DNA of 64,000 nucleotides from Podarcis bocagei. Lineage: Eukaryota. Position 1 is the stretch's first letter, and every line of letters begins with the position of its first letter. The notes under the pieces were generated by a model. It did not search any database, was not told where the DNA came from, and saw only the letters and a program-made list of their open reading frames with translations. Where the stretch lies: NCBI GenBank assembly GCA_964188305.1, contig OZ076885.1, one strand, 5' to 3'. The translations under genes and the position numbers were made by a program. This document shows, in pieces, positions 26,398 through 54,423 of the stretch.

Positions 26398-27496
26398 TTT
26401 TATGTTTGTTTTGCTGTTTTGGCACCCTAGGCAAAGGGTGGGATAGAAGCTCTATTAATTATCATCATCACTGTTGCCATTATTTCTATCCCATAATTTC
26501 TCCAAGGATTCAATCTGAGAACCAAATACAGATTTTCATGAAAATTCACTAATTATTCAATTCAATTATATCCCATCTTTACTCTAAGGAGCTGAAGACA
26601 CTGTACATTCTTTCTTCCCCCACTTCTCACTTTATTCTCACAAGAACTCTGTGAGGTAAGTTAGATAGTGACTGCACCATTGTCATGCACTCTTAATGGT
26701 TTATTTATTTTTAATGAGTTTTTATACTCTCCATTCCTCCAGATCAGAGCAAAGGGTGGCTTACAACACAACATACATTATAAACAGTATATATGTTGTG
26801 CATATATATGTTGTGCAGTATATATGTTGTGCATATAATAAAACACAACTGCAACATAATGCCTCAACTACAACCAGCATCAACAACAGCAGCTTTCAGT
26901 AGCTTGGACAAATAAATAGACTTTCACCTGTCACCTAAATATAGCCTGCATGAAGGATTACACTATTTCAGTTGGGAGGAAGTTCCAGTAAAGCTAACCA
27001 CTACAGCGCCCTGGCTCTCAGGTTCCCGTGACATTTCCAGGTCCAAATGTACCAAGCTTTGCAAGCCAATTTTCATACATCTTGTATGAAAATGCATCTT
27101 TCTGCTATTAACATGCAGTATTTGGGGGAGCTTGGATTCTCACAGGGAAGCAGCAGCAGCAACCTGCCTCTGGCTGTGCTCTTGAGAGATGGAGTTGGTG
27201 AAGCAGCGATGGCAGAGATGCTGCTGCTGGCTCTGGGCCCAAAGTTGCTTCTGAGCAGTTCCTTTTGGACTGCCACTCTTAACTGTTATGGTAGAATCTG
27301 TGGACTAAGGAAAGGCAGGCAACTCCTGGCAGCATGTGAAAGTGCAGCAATAGTGACCTCCCATTGTCAATTCCTGCTGTCTGGCTGGAAGGGTTGAAAT
27401 GTTCCTTCCAGTCTCAAAATCGAACAGAACTGTGAATGCTCAGCTTTTGTTAAAGAGAACACACAACATGTGCTTGCTCATGGCTCACACCTTTCT

Positions 27497-27995
27497 CAGT
27501 GGAGACTGGTGCCCATTGAGACTGGTGGGGCGGAAGGCTGGGAGCCCAACAGTAGGTGGAGCCAGAGCCAAGGACAGAGCCAGCTAATTCTACTTTTGCC
27601 CCCATCCTCCTCCCATGCTGCGTTCTGCAGGGCAACACTGAGAATGAGGAGGAGGAAGGGGACAGGGTGTGCTGCTCCCTGGATCAGTTGCAAGTGAGAA
27701 AGGAGGTAGGCAGGGGCCACTGGTGGATGAAGGTGGGGGACGGTCCGCCCCAGGTGCCATCTGGGGGGTGCCATCGCAGCCACCCCTGTCCCCCAGGGCA
27801 CTCAGCGCGCATCCCCAGGACGCCCGCTGCTTGCCGCGCAACCCCCCGATGCGCGCCACGCCCCCTGGGGCACATGCCAGCCATGCCCTGGTGATGGAGC
27901 AGGTAGCTTGCTTCACCACTGGCGGGGGCTGGCTGAGGGAAGAATGAGATGGCTGGGACAGTGCTCCATTTGCTTTAATGGACCAGCCAGCACTA
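27497..27995. mobile_element. hAT-like element with a nested hAT-like insertion at 27718-27921
   Basis: Interior matches the uninterrupted copy at about 22147-22290; the insert is bounded by 8-bp gcaggggc / gcgggggc. Confidence 0.7.
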
Positions 27996-28934
27996 TCTGT
28001 GTCACTTCCTTTCTAACCAGTGTTCTTAATTAGGGAAATGGGAGAAGGAGACTGAGAAGAATGTGGTTCCTGATACCATGGAAGTAGATCAGTTAGAGGT
28101 ATTGTAATAGAAAGCAGGCTGCTTCTTCCATCATTGATTGCGACCTATGTGATCAGAAGATCTATTCTGCAGTTATGCAAATATGTTACTCGGTAAAGCA
28201 AGCCCCACCATTAGGCAGAGTAATATTCTGTTTTAGGTTTCTGGTGGTTGCATGCATCTGCTTCTGCAATCTTACGAATCTGCTCCACCTGCACATTTTT
28301 GTAATCAGATTTTTGAACTCTTGGTTATAATTTCCTGATCTCCATCCTGTAAGAAAACAGTTCTGGGTACAGAAAACACAAAACATTGTTCAGTGTCAAC
28401 CATAAAATGCCTTGTTTTCACTAAACCCATCAGGAAAGAAGAAGCAAATAAGTGGGGATAATAAAAGGATGGGAAATAAATATAGTTAGAAACAGAAGGA
28501 GAAAAGTTGCAAAAAGTAAGCAATACTCTCTTATCGGCACTGTTTTCCGCCCCATAAACTCTTAAATACACCAGTTTCCCATTAAAAGTTTATATACATC
28601 TCCATTTTCTGACGGCTGCTTCAGCCTATCACCACCAAAATTGCAGCCTATGTTGCAGACCAATTTTTTGAAATGTTTTACGCAACACTTGCGTGTGCAT
28701 GCAACTCAGATGAGCCATTTAGCAGAACTGTAGATTAGGAAAGGGATTTTTTTCACTGAACATGGGTGAACAATATTTACAATTTAACTGCTATGAATAT
28801 CTCGCAGCCAACATTGTGCGTAAGCATATTCATTAAAGTATTGAAAAAGCACCAATTACTATGGTTGCTTCAGTGCTAGATTGCCCTGCCGAAACATTGC
28901 TCTTCTACAATTAGATGGAAGTGGAATTAAAATT

Positions 28935-29400
28935 CCACCTGGGAATGCTGGAGAGGACAATGAAGAGGCAATGTGACAACCGTCTTCAAATATGTGAACC
29001 ATTGTCATATAGATGATGGAGCAAACTTGTTTTCTGTCACTCCAGAGGGTAGGACTTGAATATCCAGTGACTGAGACCAAACATAAGGAAGACATTCCAG
29101 ATGATACAAACTACGTGACAGTGGAACAGGCTGTTTCAGATGTTTTAAGCCGGGTGTGATAAATATTTGGCCTTCCCGATGCTGCTGAACTCCAACTCCC
29201 ATCAGCCCTGACAAGCATGGCCAATGCCAGGGATGATGGGAACTGCAGTTCAGCAACACCTGAAGGGCCAAAGGTTCCCCCCACCCCCCACCCCCGAATT
29301 TAAGCTGTGGCTGTTGGAAGTCCCATCTACCAGGATACTGTAATTTTTTTGCATTGAAAGAGGGTTGGCCTACATGAACCTTCTGCATCTGGTTCGCATG
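28935..29400 (+). mobile_element. Old CR1 LINE 3' fragment interrupted by a hAT MITE (approximate)
   Basis: gtcttcaaatatgtg...tgtcatatagatgatggagcaaacttgttttctg resembles 54000-54090. Confidence 0.6.
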
Positions 29401-30349
29401 CAACAGAGAAGCACATTTAAACCATCCTTAACTGCTGCAGATCTTTTTTTTTAGTTTTCAGTGTGAACAAAGGGAATATTCCACAATGAAGTATATTAGG
29501 AGAAGCTTCCTAACTCCTAAACCTTAGGAGAAATGACAGGAAGAATGGGGAGAGCTGCCCAGCAGTGAAACACTCCCTGAGGAAGTGGCCACGAATTCTA
29601 TAGTTGCAAGACACCAACTTGGGGAGGGGGGCCTGGAGTACAAGACTTCTAAGGTAACTCCCAACTCTAACCTCCTATGAAAATAACCCTTCCATATACT
29701 AATACACACTGTATATTTCCTTTCTTCAGAGCCCAGAATTTGCCTGTGCTCTGGAAACCAGTGATTTACTGTGTTTTAAAGAAGAAAAGAACAAAAGGGG
29801 ACTATCTACAAGACAATACAGTGACTTCATTGCTGCATAAGCGTCTATGAAAACCCTTCTGTCATTGCTTAATTCAGTCTAGCCAGTCTTCCTGTGCATG
29901 TAAACTCAGGCAAATTTCTGAACAAGGAAGCTTTCTTGCAATTTGCATTCGGTTTGCAATTGGCAAACCAGTACTTATGTGTTGGGGATGGATACTGAAG
30001 GATAGCAATCTTTTTGCCTAACTTTGTTAATTAGCAGTAAAATGCCATACAAGTCTACTCAGAAGAAAGTCCCATTGAGCTCCGTGGGGCTTACTCCATA
30101 GCAAGTGGGAAGAGGAATGTAGCAACGCGGATTAGGCAGTGGGAGGTCATGGGCTTAACATGGCTTTATACCAGGCCAGGCAAATTGTCTTTCTACCCCA
30201 GCACTGTCAGTGGTTCTCTAGAGCAGGTATGGGGGGCCTCTGGCTCTCCAAATATTCCTGAACTACCGATCTTGTACATGTTTACTGGGCAACAAGTCCT
30301 CTTGAACTCACTGCCTCCCATGCAAACATACATAGGTCTAGGATATCCA

Positions 30350-43771
<13,422 letters not shown>

Positions 43772-44952
43772 TGTTTTTTGAAAAGCAAATACACTAGAGA
43801 CTTGGGTCATGTTTTCCTGTATATAACCAAAGTAATAGTGGCTATTTTAGCAGATTATATTTTTAATAAGGCTATTTTTAGCATTGTTGAATATACAATA
43901 GGTTTACCACTTTTTTAATTGCACATTTTTATTATACATTTCAGTATAATTTTGAGGATGCACTTTTCAGTCATAGCTTTTGATACACTTTCACCTCAGC
44001 CATAAATACTCAGACTTGGAATTCTCACTGACATTGGTGAGACTTAGCTTGTAAAATGTAGTATGGAAGATGAGTAGCCTCATAGGATACCCTTGTATGT
44101 TGTTGACCCACAGTGTATCACACTGCAAGCGTGTGTGTGGCAGGTTGCTAATGGTTCAGTGCTCCCTCATAACACATTCAAAAATGTCAGGCTGCAATTC
44201 TGTACACGTCTAGCTGGGAGTAACTCCTGTTAAACTCGGTGGGACTTCTGAGTAGGCGCATGCAGGATTGCACAATAGGTAGGATAGTCTTCCTGACATG
44301 CTGGTTTCCTTTGATAGAGGAGACTTTTTCATAAGGACAGAAGAAGAACTGTACTGAATCAGGCCATCTGTTCCAGCATCCTGTTCTTGCAGAGTCTAAC
44401 CAGATGCCTATGGGAAGCCTTGATGCAGGACCCAAATGCAACAGCACTTTCCTCCCTTGGGATTTCCATGTGTACAGAGTTTGGGCTTCCCATCCGCTTC
44501 CATGGCAGTGGTGGCTTTCAAATTCCCTTGCAGATGGAGAAGCCCTGGGTGGAGGGAACTATATGAATGGTTGGAAGCTCCTGCCTTGGCTTCGTCCTAA
44601 ATTAGAACCAATAAATCTCATTGGCATTTGAAAGACAGCATTGCCACACGGTGTGATGTTTCTGTTCAAACAGCAGAGCTGCTGCTTTCTACACTTTCCC
44701 TGTGTTTGGTAGAGCAGTCCACTTCATATTTATGAAGTGGGTTTTGCCAAATATTATGGGTGGATAGCAGTCTTTTCACAGTGGAAATGAAGACACACCA
44801 CATTTCCAAACTGGGCCTTTTGTGAGCATTCAAGAGCCTTTGAACTTTGTATTGAATTTCCAGAGAGGCTATACAGCACAAGATTCTGAGTTTGTTGTAT
44901 GTGTGTATATACATATGCATTGCCACTTTAAGGAGGTTTTATGCTATCAGCT

Positions 44953-44958
44953 AATAAA
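44953..44958 (+). terminator. Candidate RCN1 polyadenylation signal
   Basis: AATAAA about 1.2 kb after the stop codon; actual use not shown. Confidence 0.45.
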
Positions 44959-45793
44959 AGCTTTTAATTTAGGGGCTTAGAGAGAAGCTGTATTTCAGAA
45001 TGCATATGAGCTGTTGCATATGATACAATTGCATTTTTGCCTGTATTGACTTGAAGATACAAACGATTAAAAATATTACATCTTTTGGATAATTTAAAGG
45101 TCTTAAAGTGGGAATGAAGAAGGGTTTCATACAAAATCTTAAAATGCTAGTTTGCTCATGTCCTGATGAAATTTTCCTGCCTGTGATACCAAGTGGGGAG
45201 GAAACATACAGCACAAGAATGTGAACATGCAATGTAATTTATATATCAAGGGGCAGGGTTTAGCCCTTGCTCATCCCTGAGAGCTGTTTACTACTACTGT
45301 GTAAGAGTAATACTTTTCCCCATTTCTTTCCCTCCCCCCATTTGCAGACTAGACTAAAAGTGCCTCTTTCAAAAATGGCACAAAGCTGATTTTGTGAAAT
45401 GCATTGTTAGTGACATGAAGGTGAGAAGTGGAATCGCTGCAAACACCACTGCTCCCCCCCCCCGGCTGCAAGAAACTCACACTTTTTTTCTGAGCAATGG
45501 GTACAATAAGGGGATACACTCTGTGGAAGCGAGAAAGCTGAAGATTACTAGCTAGGCAAACCAAAGAATGGTTACCAAGCCCAACCACAATTTGTAGAAT
45601 CTTGCTGGGGATGCTTAATTGGCTGTAGCTCCCTGATGTAGGTCCCATATATGTTTGGAGATGCTCAAAGCAGCTGTATAGAGTAGAAAGAGGGTTTTTA
45701 GAGAGGGCTCACTGACAGATTCTTGTTTGAGCCTTAAGTAAGGTGATGCTTACTTAATTTAAACAGTAAAATAGCCTCATGGATTTATTTACT

Positions 45794-46038
45794 AGAAGAA
45801 GAAGAAGAGTTTGGATTTGATAACCCGCTTTATCACTACCCTAAGGAGTCTCAAAGCGGCTAACAATCTCCTTTTCCCTTCCTCCCCCACAACAAACACT
45901 CTGTGAGGTGAGTGGGGCTGAGAGACTTCAAAGAAGTGTGACTGGCCCAAGGTCCACCCATATGGAGGAGCGGGGAAGTGAACCCGGTTCACCAGATTAC
46001 AAGTCCACCGCTCTTAACCACTACATCACACTGGCTCT
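45794..46038 (-). mobile_element. Squam3-like tRNA-derived SINE
   Basis: Minus strand starts agagccagtgtgatgtagtggttaagagcgg (A box), has ccgggttcacttccc (B-box-like) and a (ctt)n tail. Confidence 0.8.
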
Positions 46039-49000
46039 AGACCATTCTCTGCACAATAGGTGTTAGGCATGCTGGAGCTTTTCATTGTCCTGGCCTACCA
46101 GATCCCCATGTGTTCAGCCCCCACTCAAATGTGTGTGCCCCTGAAGATTGGTGTAAGGAGCTGCCACCAGAAGATCCCAAAAAGGCAGTGGGGGGAAAAT
46201 CCAATTAATTTTGGATTTTAATCACTTCAGTAACACATTGGGGCCTTGGTTATAGTGTAAGGTGATTTTTTTTAAAGGAGTAAATCACATTTCCTTATTG
46301 GACTAACCTTGAAATATTTTGGTAATTCATACTTATGTACAATCTGTTTCAACTGGAAACTAGCACTGGTGACCCACAAAGCAATAAACAGGCACGCAGC
46401 TGTTACTACTGCATGCTTTCTGCAACTTCAGTAACAGTGAATATGTGCAGTGTACTAAATTCTCCTTTCAAGCTCAATGCACCGAGCAAGAGTAACTCTA
46501 AAAGAGACTAGGGCTCCTGGGTTTAAATTTAACACTATTTAAGGAAAGCAAACCTTTGCTAGGGGACATAGCTGTTAACATTGTGATTTTTCAAGCATTA
46601 GGGTTCTAATGGGGTTTGACTGCTCCAGAGATAACATATTTTTTTCTAGGTAACATATATCAAGTCCGATTACGAGCAAAAGCTACAAAATTTTACTGTA
46701 ATGTGAAATACTGTAATGTCAGATAGCATTATTTATCTGCTTAATATGACAAAAAGCATTAATTGCTGGGAGCTATGATTCAGTCCAGCAATATGGAAAT
46801 CCATTTTGTGCCTCTCTCATCAGTTGTTGCAGAGTTTTCCTAATGAATTGTGATGTAAGATTCTGCTGGGAAATGTGTTTGTCTCCCCCCCCCCCGCCCC
46901 CACTTGCAGGTTCAGTGTGCTCACTGTTGTGACATAGATCCTCCATTAACTAAATGTTTTCATTAAGGTAGTGCCACGACACATCACGGGCGCATCTCTT
47001 TCCTCTTCGATATCTGGAATAGCCGTAATCATTACTCCACATGCAGTTTTAATTATTAGGATTTACCAAACGGACTAAGTGGCTAATGCTCATTGTTTTA
47101 AAAGTCCCTCTTAACTATTCACTCAGATTAAATGTGTCATCCATTTCCAATCAAGGTGGTATGCATATATCCCACAGGAAAGGGAAAATGCAGCACACTC
47201 TGATCTAATGACTTTTACATAAAGGTTGCCTTAATGCTTTACATTTTGCAATGCAGAAACTGATCTTAATTCCCACTGAAGTCAGTGGTAAGTTTCTCAT
47301 AAAATTGAGGAGAGGAGCAGAAACCACACCTTCTTCCTGGTTAAGAGTGATCATTGACTATAAGAAAAACTAGTTTTACACACAAACACAAACGTTTGAC
47401 CTCAAGTGCATTCACCCCTGCCCATGGTAGTAGGCTTGTGCATGCAGATGCATCTGGATACATATGATCACGTAGACCCCATTAACTGGACACATATTTT
47501 GATGTGGATGCCTGGAGGTGGTGGTCTCGACCACTTTGGCCACACCAGCCACTGGCATATGACTCCCAGAGGGTGGGTGAAAAGACAGTAGCAGCCCTTC
47601 ACCCACACCAGTATTGCTGCAGCTTACCTGGTGGTGTAGGAGCCAACTCCTAGAGGCCAAAGGGGCTTCATCCCTCCAATAAAATATTTGAGGAGGCTGC
47701 CCCCCTCCCCAAGTTGATGGGCATTGCCATTCAAATGGTGCATGCGCACCACACCATGTGATTGATTATGTGGGGTGGGGCTTACCTGTCCCTCAATACT
47801 TTATTCAAATTGCACCCCCTGCCTGGTGTGGGGGGTGGTGTTGCACTTGTAGGAGCCTTCCACCAGGGTACTGCCCACTCCTCACCTCACCACCACTCTG
47901 GCCAGCCTATAGCATCCAGGTTAGATGTAGCAACACCAATCAGGAGGCTGGCACAGCTTATGCCCCACCACATGGGGGACTACTGCTAAGAGTACTGTTA
48001 AAAGGTTCCCTGCATTATACAACCAGCGAGGTGATATTCTTTGTCTTATCTTTAAAAACGATTTCTGCTTTCCGGAGCTTTCGATAGGCCCTATCCACCC
48101 CCTTTGCAAAGAATGTCAACCATGGGATAGAGGTGCCTCTCATCCATGCGGACAATGGTCATAATTATGCACCCATGTTAGAAGTTACCTTTAACACCCT
48201 TTGCGATCTGGCTGTATGAGTGGAATGGATTGTTACAGCCCAGAGAGTCACCAAATCTTGCACAGGAAGAATGAATGGTCTGATTCCAAGTAGCATGAAG
48301 TGACTTTGTAGACAAAATGCAGAAGCTTGCCCTCCTAAGGGTCAAACTAGGAGTTATGTTAACACAGTGTTTTAAATTGTATATTTAGGATTCATCACAT
48401 CTCTCTTGCAGGGACAAAAAAATCTATCTGGGCCTCTAATCTGGATCAGAAGTGCAATGTTGGAAGTGAGGTTCCTTCCCACGCTATTTTCCTGTTCAAA
48501 ACTATCCCTGAAGCTGCTAGCTTCCCCCAAAGCAGTATGGTTAAGAAAAGTATATTGTATTGCTTTTCCTTGTAGATAAATGGAATCTGTTGGTCTTTAT
48601 CCACTGAATTGGAAGTGGAGAGGAGGGGAAATTAGCATCCCATCAGAAAGATTAGATTGTAGGACAGGTAAACGTAACTAAATTAGAATTACCAGATTCT
48701 TTCTGGCTACAGAAGTCAAGTGGATACAGAATCTAGTGCAACAACTGAGGATGACCCTCAGACACTAATTCTGAATGGCTGCATGCAGACTAAATGGATA
48801 TTTTTAAAAACAGTATTTTTACATTTTGCAAGATAAGTCACATATCAATGTGGCCGAATAAACACAAATGCATCGGACATGTTAGGCAAGCATATGCAAA
48901 CAGTATTTGACATTGTGCTATTGTGGGTGTTTGTTTCCCGGGAAAGAATTGGCAATATACTTCTGGGTTGCATTGTATTTTACATGCTCCCTTTTGCAAG

Positions 49001-50844
49001 ATATATTAGCTACTCAAATCAGAATGCTACATTAACCACACATTTAAACCAAAATATTCATAATAGACCTTAAAAAAAAAAAAGAGCGGAGAGGCCAAAT
49101 CACAACAGTGCAACAGATTAACCCATATTTTGCTATTCACTCTGGTTTTACACTTGCACAGCTAAAAAGTTAATAAATTGGGGGGCGGGGGATGCAGGCT
49201 ATGTAGGAAGCTGCCTGTAGGTGTGCTTGCTGTGGATAAACCAAATCAACTACCATGTGCATATGTCATTCTGCAAGGAAGCTGTTAGGGAGAGCCAAAA
49301 TTAGAATGGCCTTTTCCAATAAGAGAAGGCAATGAAGGTATGGAAAACAGCAATTCTTAATAGAACACAGTTGCTTTCTTAAAGAGAGTGGGGGAGTTAC
49401 AATCTGATCCCTTAAGCCTTTGCTCCTGGCAATTATGTGCTTGATCAATTGCTATATACAGCATCTAGAGAGCATTTTGACAACCACAGACGATGCCAGT
49501 GAAACTTAAGCAGGGCTTCAGCTTAGAGATCTGTTTTTAGTCTAGGGCTCGATCCTGGAATATGTGCAGAGGATAGGACCTCGGAACTATGAGTAGAAGA
49601 CTATTCTGTCATAAATGAATTCCCTTTCTCTCACACATGACGAAGTACAGGAACTACTGTCCTGTAGCGCTATCCTACAGTTCTAAGTAGTAGGTATATG
49701 AATGAATGAATCCATATGTCATATTTTTGTATACCATATAGACATTTTTAAATGTTAAGCAGTGTAGATATGTGTTTCAAAAAAGAAATAAAGTTAATTT
49801 CTGGACTCTGTGCTTCCCAAGTTTTATTATGCTGAGACACTGAAATGCTGTAAGTTTCACCAGAGCTATTGTTGTCTACATTTTACACAAGCTTTCAGCT
49901 GTGATGGAAATTATTCTCATTCCTAAGCAATTCTTAGGCCTTGTGGTCCAACGCATTTCAGAGATGACAAATATGAATTAAAGATCACTTCACAGAAAGG
50001 TAAACTGTGAAAGTTCATGGCTCTTTCCCTGTTAGAATTATTGAAATGGCAATGTGAAATTTGAAAAGATTGGCAATTTTTGAGGGGGGAAATCGTAGAA
50101 GGCTATTATTGCTTATAATAATTTGTATATACTTTTAAGTCACTTGCATTCAAGTTTCTGACTTACGTCTTTGAAATGCTTGTGACAGTCTAGAATGGAT
50201 TTGCTACTGAGCTGTAATTCAGTGCAGATTTCCTATTGCTGCAAAAGAGAAAATGGATTTCTCCAGCTCCTATTCAGCTGTAGCCTTTCTCTCTGTCCCT
50301 GTTGAGCATGAAAGAGAAAAGTAACAGCCTCACAGCAGCTGCTTCTCTCTTTGCACTGTGGCCCTCAATTCAGGTAACTGGTGCAGAGGCAAAAGAGGAG
50401 TAGGAGTTGCTCTCTTGTTCCCTGTACAGGCAGTATAAATCATCCCATGGTGGAGTCCTAAGGAAGTCTGGAGACCAGATGTCATCTATGCAAGAGCACA
50501 AAAAGAAAGTGGGAATGGAAATGTAGAGAAGTCTTCATTGACATCCTACAAGTTCACATAGTTCAAGCAAGATCCCCACAGACAAGAAAGAGACAATTAT
50601 ATTGCCATTAGTTCAGAAACACTGTGGGAAACAGAAAGCGTATGAGGAAGAAAAGATTTTTAAAGAAATAGTTTAGGAGACCAAGTTGCAGCGGTGGTGG
50701 GAAGAAGTCTTTAAGCAGGTACAGCAGATAAAATATTTAAACAGCCAGCACATTCTTAGGCATCCTGTTCCTATGCATGTTGCTTTTGAAATGACTAAAG
50801 GAGCTAACTTCTGCCATTTAGTGTGCAGCCTTAAAATATTACTT

Positions 50845-50997
50845 TTGGGATAGGCTTCCAACAAAAGATTAAAAACACATTAAAACATGAGACATTTAAA
50901 ACTTCCCTAAACAGGGCTGCCTTCAGATGTCTTCTGAATGCCAGATAGTTGTTTATATCTTTGACATCTGATAGGAGGGCGTTCCACAGGACGGGCG
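50845..50997 (-). mobile_element. L2-like LINE 3' fragment (approximate)
   Basis: Resembles recalled squamate L2 3' ends; similar relics near 5100-5275, 25290-25560 and 26690-27010. Confidence 0.5.
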
Positions 50998-51124
50998 GAA
51001 GGTGGGAAGACCTGGTCTAGAAAGGTATTCTGAAGTTCTAAACTGCAGTGTCCACATGTCATTGTCAGCATTGAAATGCCATTTTATATTCTCATATTAA
51101 TCCAGATTTCTGCTTTCCATGGAA

Positions 51125-51134
51125 ACACACACAG

Positions 51135-51189
<55 letters not shown>

Positions 51190-51196
51190 CACACAC
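51125..51196. repeat. (CA)n microsatellite, interrupted
   Basis: Direct observation. Confidence 0.97.
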
Positions 51197-53669
51197 TGTC
51201 GTCAGTGACATGCTTGTGATAGCTGAATAAGCTGTTTGCAACATCAAGTTCTTGTCTGAGAGCTTCCCTGGAGAATAAATTACTATGGCTGCAACCTTAC
51301 CCACCTGCTCCTTATGCTGTTCTGGGTGTGTGTGAATTGAGTGTTGGTATCTCTCTGCTCACTTCTTCAGCCGGCTTCCCACCTGAGTTATGCTCTTCTG
51401 CCTACTGAAAAGTGTGGATGGAATGCCCACCAGTGGTATCTGCACTAGAGAAAACCACTGGGAAATCCTGGAATGGGACTTCCCAAGGGCAAGGCAGAAC
51501 CAAGCCTGAACTGGCCTTCAATCTGCTGGATCCAAGCCACTCTTAATGGCCAGAACTGACTTGCATCAGGCCTGATTTCACGAAGCTAGATATTAGACAA
51601 AAAAGAGTCCCAAATGGAATTGGGAATATGGTACACTCTGAGAGGGGTCTGCTCCCCCCCCTCCCTTGCTATTCTTAAGGAATATCAACTCTCTCCCCCA
51701 GCAGCTATTATTATTGGCCTTGGGAGGGTAGGTAAATCAAGTACTGCAAGGGGCCAGTCTCTTCTCTGCAAGCCCATTGCATAGCTTTTTTTTGGGGGGG
51801 GGGGTGCCACACCCTTGAGGAGAACTCAGCATTTTCACACTCTCTCTCTCTCACACACACCAACCTCAATACTTTCTGCAAACTCTTCCTGTTGGCCCCG
51901 AAGACTGAACTCCAAGGTATTACCAAAATGGCCCTATAGATTCCAATGGGAATTGAATAAAGCCATTCCAGTGCAATTTACCTCGCCCCCACTTCAGATC
52001 CCAATCGTACAACAAGTCATTTAGGATAACTTTAGTTGCTGGTTATTCCCACCACTACCACTTAGTGTGCAACGTAAGCACCTCTGAGATGTGCCATACA
52101 GAAAAGGCCTCCAAATAGTGAAATCTCCAGGGGGAGGGACTGAAGTTAATATAGAAAATTCTGTATGAAGTTAACAAAATATGCATTACTTTGTTGCCTG
52201 TGATGAGGGCTTTTAACGCAACTCAGGGGACTCAGTCCTAGGCTGATGGAAATCGACATGCCTCCATTAGCTTCAATTCTTAATTGGCTTAATTGAATTC
52301 CGTTGGAATTTGATGGGTTTTTCGAAGCTGCTAATATCATATGTTACAAGAACTGGGGCTGGTGTATAAAGCATCATCTCAATCTCTCCAGCAAAGGAAC
52401 TAACCTGATTTCTGCTGTAGAAATGGCAGATGCCCAAAAGCTTGTTGATGGAACACTTACTGGTCCAACTGTATTCTTAACACACTTCCTCAAGAGTCAC
52501 AAGAGAACCCTGCTTCCCACCTTCCTCTTGATGTGTCCACAGGGGCAGGGGAAAGCAGCATGCTAAATTGGTCAGGAGAATATCTCCCATATCCCTCTTC
52601 CTGCCCTTTCCTCCCCCTTCTGTTCAGTCAAGTGACTTGAGCTCCAAAGTTCATATAATTTGCCCGAATGGAGAATGCTGGAGGCTAGATTTGGAGATAG
52701 GGCACATAGACTTTCCTTTCTCTGTAACAGCCCAACATTCTTATTGTGAACATGGGAAATGGGTGCAAAAGAAACCTAACTGGGATTCCTCCATATCAGG
52801 GATGCTGTGGCAGTGGATTTCCTTTGTCGGCCCAGGTGGGTGCAGGTCTAGGTGAGCTCTGGGAACCCTTCCGACGCTTTGATTCTTTGAGTCCTATACA
52901 AAGTCTGCAGCTGTGCTGGGAAGGATCATGCCCTAAGTATTAGTTTAGAAAGGTAATCTTCTAATGGCATTTAAAAATCAGTGAATACCTCTTCAAAAAT
53001 TGCAGCTACTATTCAAGAAACATTTACTGACATTAACTATAGAAGACGTATAGCTTTCTGTAATTAGTGTGCACCCTTTAGATGTGGCTAATTACCTCTT
53101 ATCAATTAATTTTTTCTCATTAGAAAAAAAAAATGAGACTGTAGTCATGAGAGAGAAACGAGAGGTCCGGACCCATACGGCAGCAGAAAATTCAGCTAGA
53201 TAATGTCTCCGATTTGGTTAATTCCAGGTGACTATCGGGTTATTCAACCTAGGAGAATTTAATGATTCTGGACAGTTCATGCAATGAATGCCCCTGTAAA
53301 TCATTCATAATTACAAACATAAAAATTAAAAGTCAGTCTGAGGAGAAAGATAACATAATATTAATGATGGAGGGCAATAAGCTAGAAATGGACGGCTTGG
53401 CCTTTTAATCAAGGACACACTGATGGGAGACCTGTAAACCTTATAGGATTGTATTGGAAATTCAGAACTATATAATTTAATCAAATTAAGTCATTAACTA
53501 AAGGTAGATCCCATATTTTTCTCCACAAATAAGTGGGCTTTTCCTACTGTCAAGGAGAGTCTAATCTATTCTAATAGTTTAGTTTTGCTTCTGTTCTTCT
53601 TGAAAACTGGGATCATTGAGTTGAGAGGAGCTATATACCCTTTAAAAGGACCTAGGGTCAAATGAATCT

Positions 53670-54338
53670 AGGATCTAAGAGTCTTGGTTGACCATAAACT
53701 TGACATGAGCCAACAGTGTGACGCGGCAGCTAAAAAAGCCAATGCAATTCTGGGCTGCATCAATAGGAGTATAGCATCTAGATCAAGGGAAGTAATAGTG
53801 CCACTGTATTCTGCTCTGGTCAGACCTCACCTGGAGTACTGTGTCCAGTTCTGGGCACCACAGTTCAAGAAGGACACTGACAAACTGGAACGTGTCCAGA
53901 GGAGGGCAACCAAAATGGTCAAAGGCCTGGAAAGGATGCCTTATGAGGAACGGCTGAGGGAGCTGGGCATGTTTAGCCTGGAGAAGAGGAGGTTAAGGGG
54001 TGATATGATAGCCATGTTCAAATATATAAAAGGATGTCATATAGAGGAGGGAGAAAGGTTGTTATCTGCTGCTCCAGAGAAGCGGACACGGAGCAATGGA
54101 TCCAAACTACAAGAAAGAAGATTCCACCTAAACATTAGGAAGAACTTCCTGACAGTGAGAGCTGTTCGACAGTGGAATTTGCTGCCAAGGAGTGTGGTGG
54201 AGTCTCCTACTTTGGAGGTCTTTAAGCAGAGGCTTGACAACCATATGTCAGGAGTGCTCTGATGGTGTTTCCTGCTTGGCAGGGGGTTGGACTCGATGGC
54301 CCTTGTGGTCTATTCCAACTCTATGATTCTATGATTCT
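53670..54338 (+). mobile_element. Young 5'-truncated CR1 LINE (ORF2 C-terminus, 3' UTR and (attctatg)n tail)
   Basis: Uninterrupted ORF 53684-54262 with [19 protein letters not shown] and LERVQRRAT; octamer tail; candidate TSD atgaatct. Confidence 0.95.
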
Positions 54339-54423
54339 ATGAATCTCTATGGAAAAATCCAAGGTAAAATTTCTTAACTTATGCCTTCAGCTCATAGGTT
54401 ATTCTGTTAGTCTGTATGGCTGA

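Noticed and set aside
53684-54262. 192-aa ORF as a host gene
   Set aside because: C-terminal part of CR1 ORF2 in a 5'-truncated copy with no true ATG start
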